Assembly (NCBI RefSeq): GCF_004010195.1
Contig: NC_057728.1
Coordinates: forward strand, 53,736,535-53,800,534
Length of the DNA stretch: 64,000 nucleotides
DNA from: Chiloscyllium plagiosum
Lineage: Eukaryota
Direction: 5' to 3'
Under the pieces are notes generated by a model. It saw only the letters and a list, made by a program, of their open reading frames with translations, was not told the DNA's origin and did not search any database. Position 1 is the stretch's first letter. Each line of letters starts with the position of its first letter. The position numbers and the translations under genes were made by a program. Shown here piece by piece: positions 63,896-64,000 of this stretch.

Positions 63896-64000
63896 CATCC
63901 AACTGAAACATTCCAGAGGATATTGGATAACTATTTGGATAAAATTAATGTTCAAAGCGATGGAGGAAAAGCAGGAGTTTGGCATTAGGCAATGATGCTT

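Overview
This is repeat-rich, low-GC vertebrate DNA, almost certainly from a shark or other elasmobranch, judged from HE1-type tRNA/V-domain SINEs and their HER1/CR1 partner LINEs recognised from memory. It looks intergenic or intronic, and I found no intact protein-coding gene. Most ORFs in the track are fragments of CR1, Rex1/Babar, RTE and Penelope-like (PLE) retrotransposons. There is one disabled C2H2 zinc-finger array (about 29.3-30.1 kb) and a 500-N gap (51729-52228). The most notable signal is a set of short PLE-derived insertions carrying a minimal hammerhead-ribozyme motif (CUGAnGA, stem II, GAAAC-GUC). Six of them have readable 12-18 bp target-site duplications (TSDs), and three are fold-back inverted repeats, including a perfect 91-bp-arm palindrome at 19698-19883. 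Family names come from recalled consensus sequences, not a database search. Boundaries of old repeats are approximate (within tens of bp).
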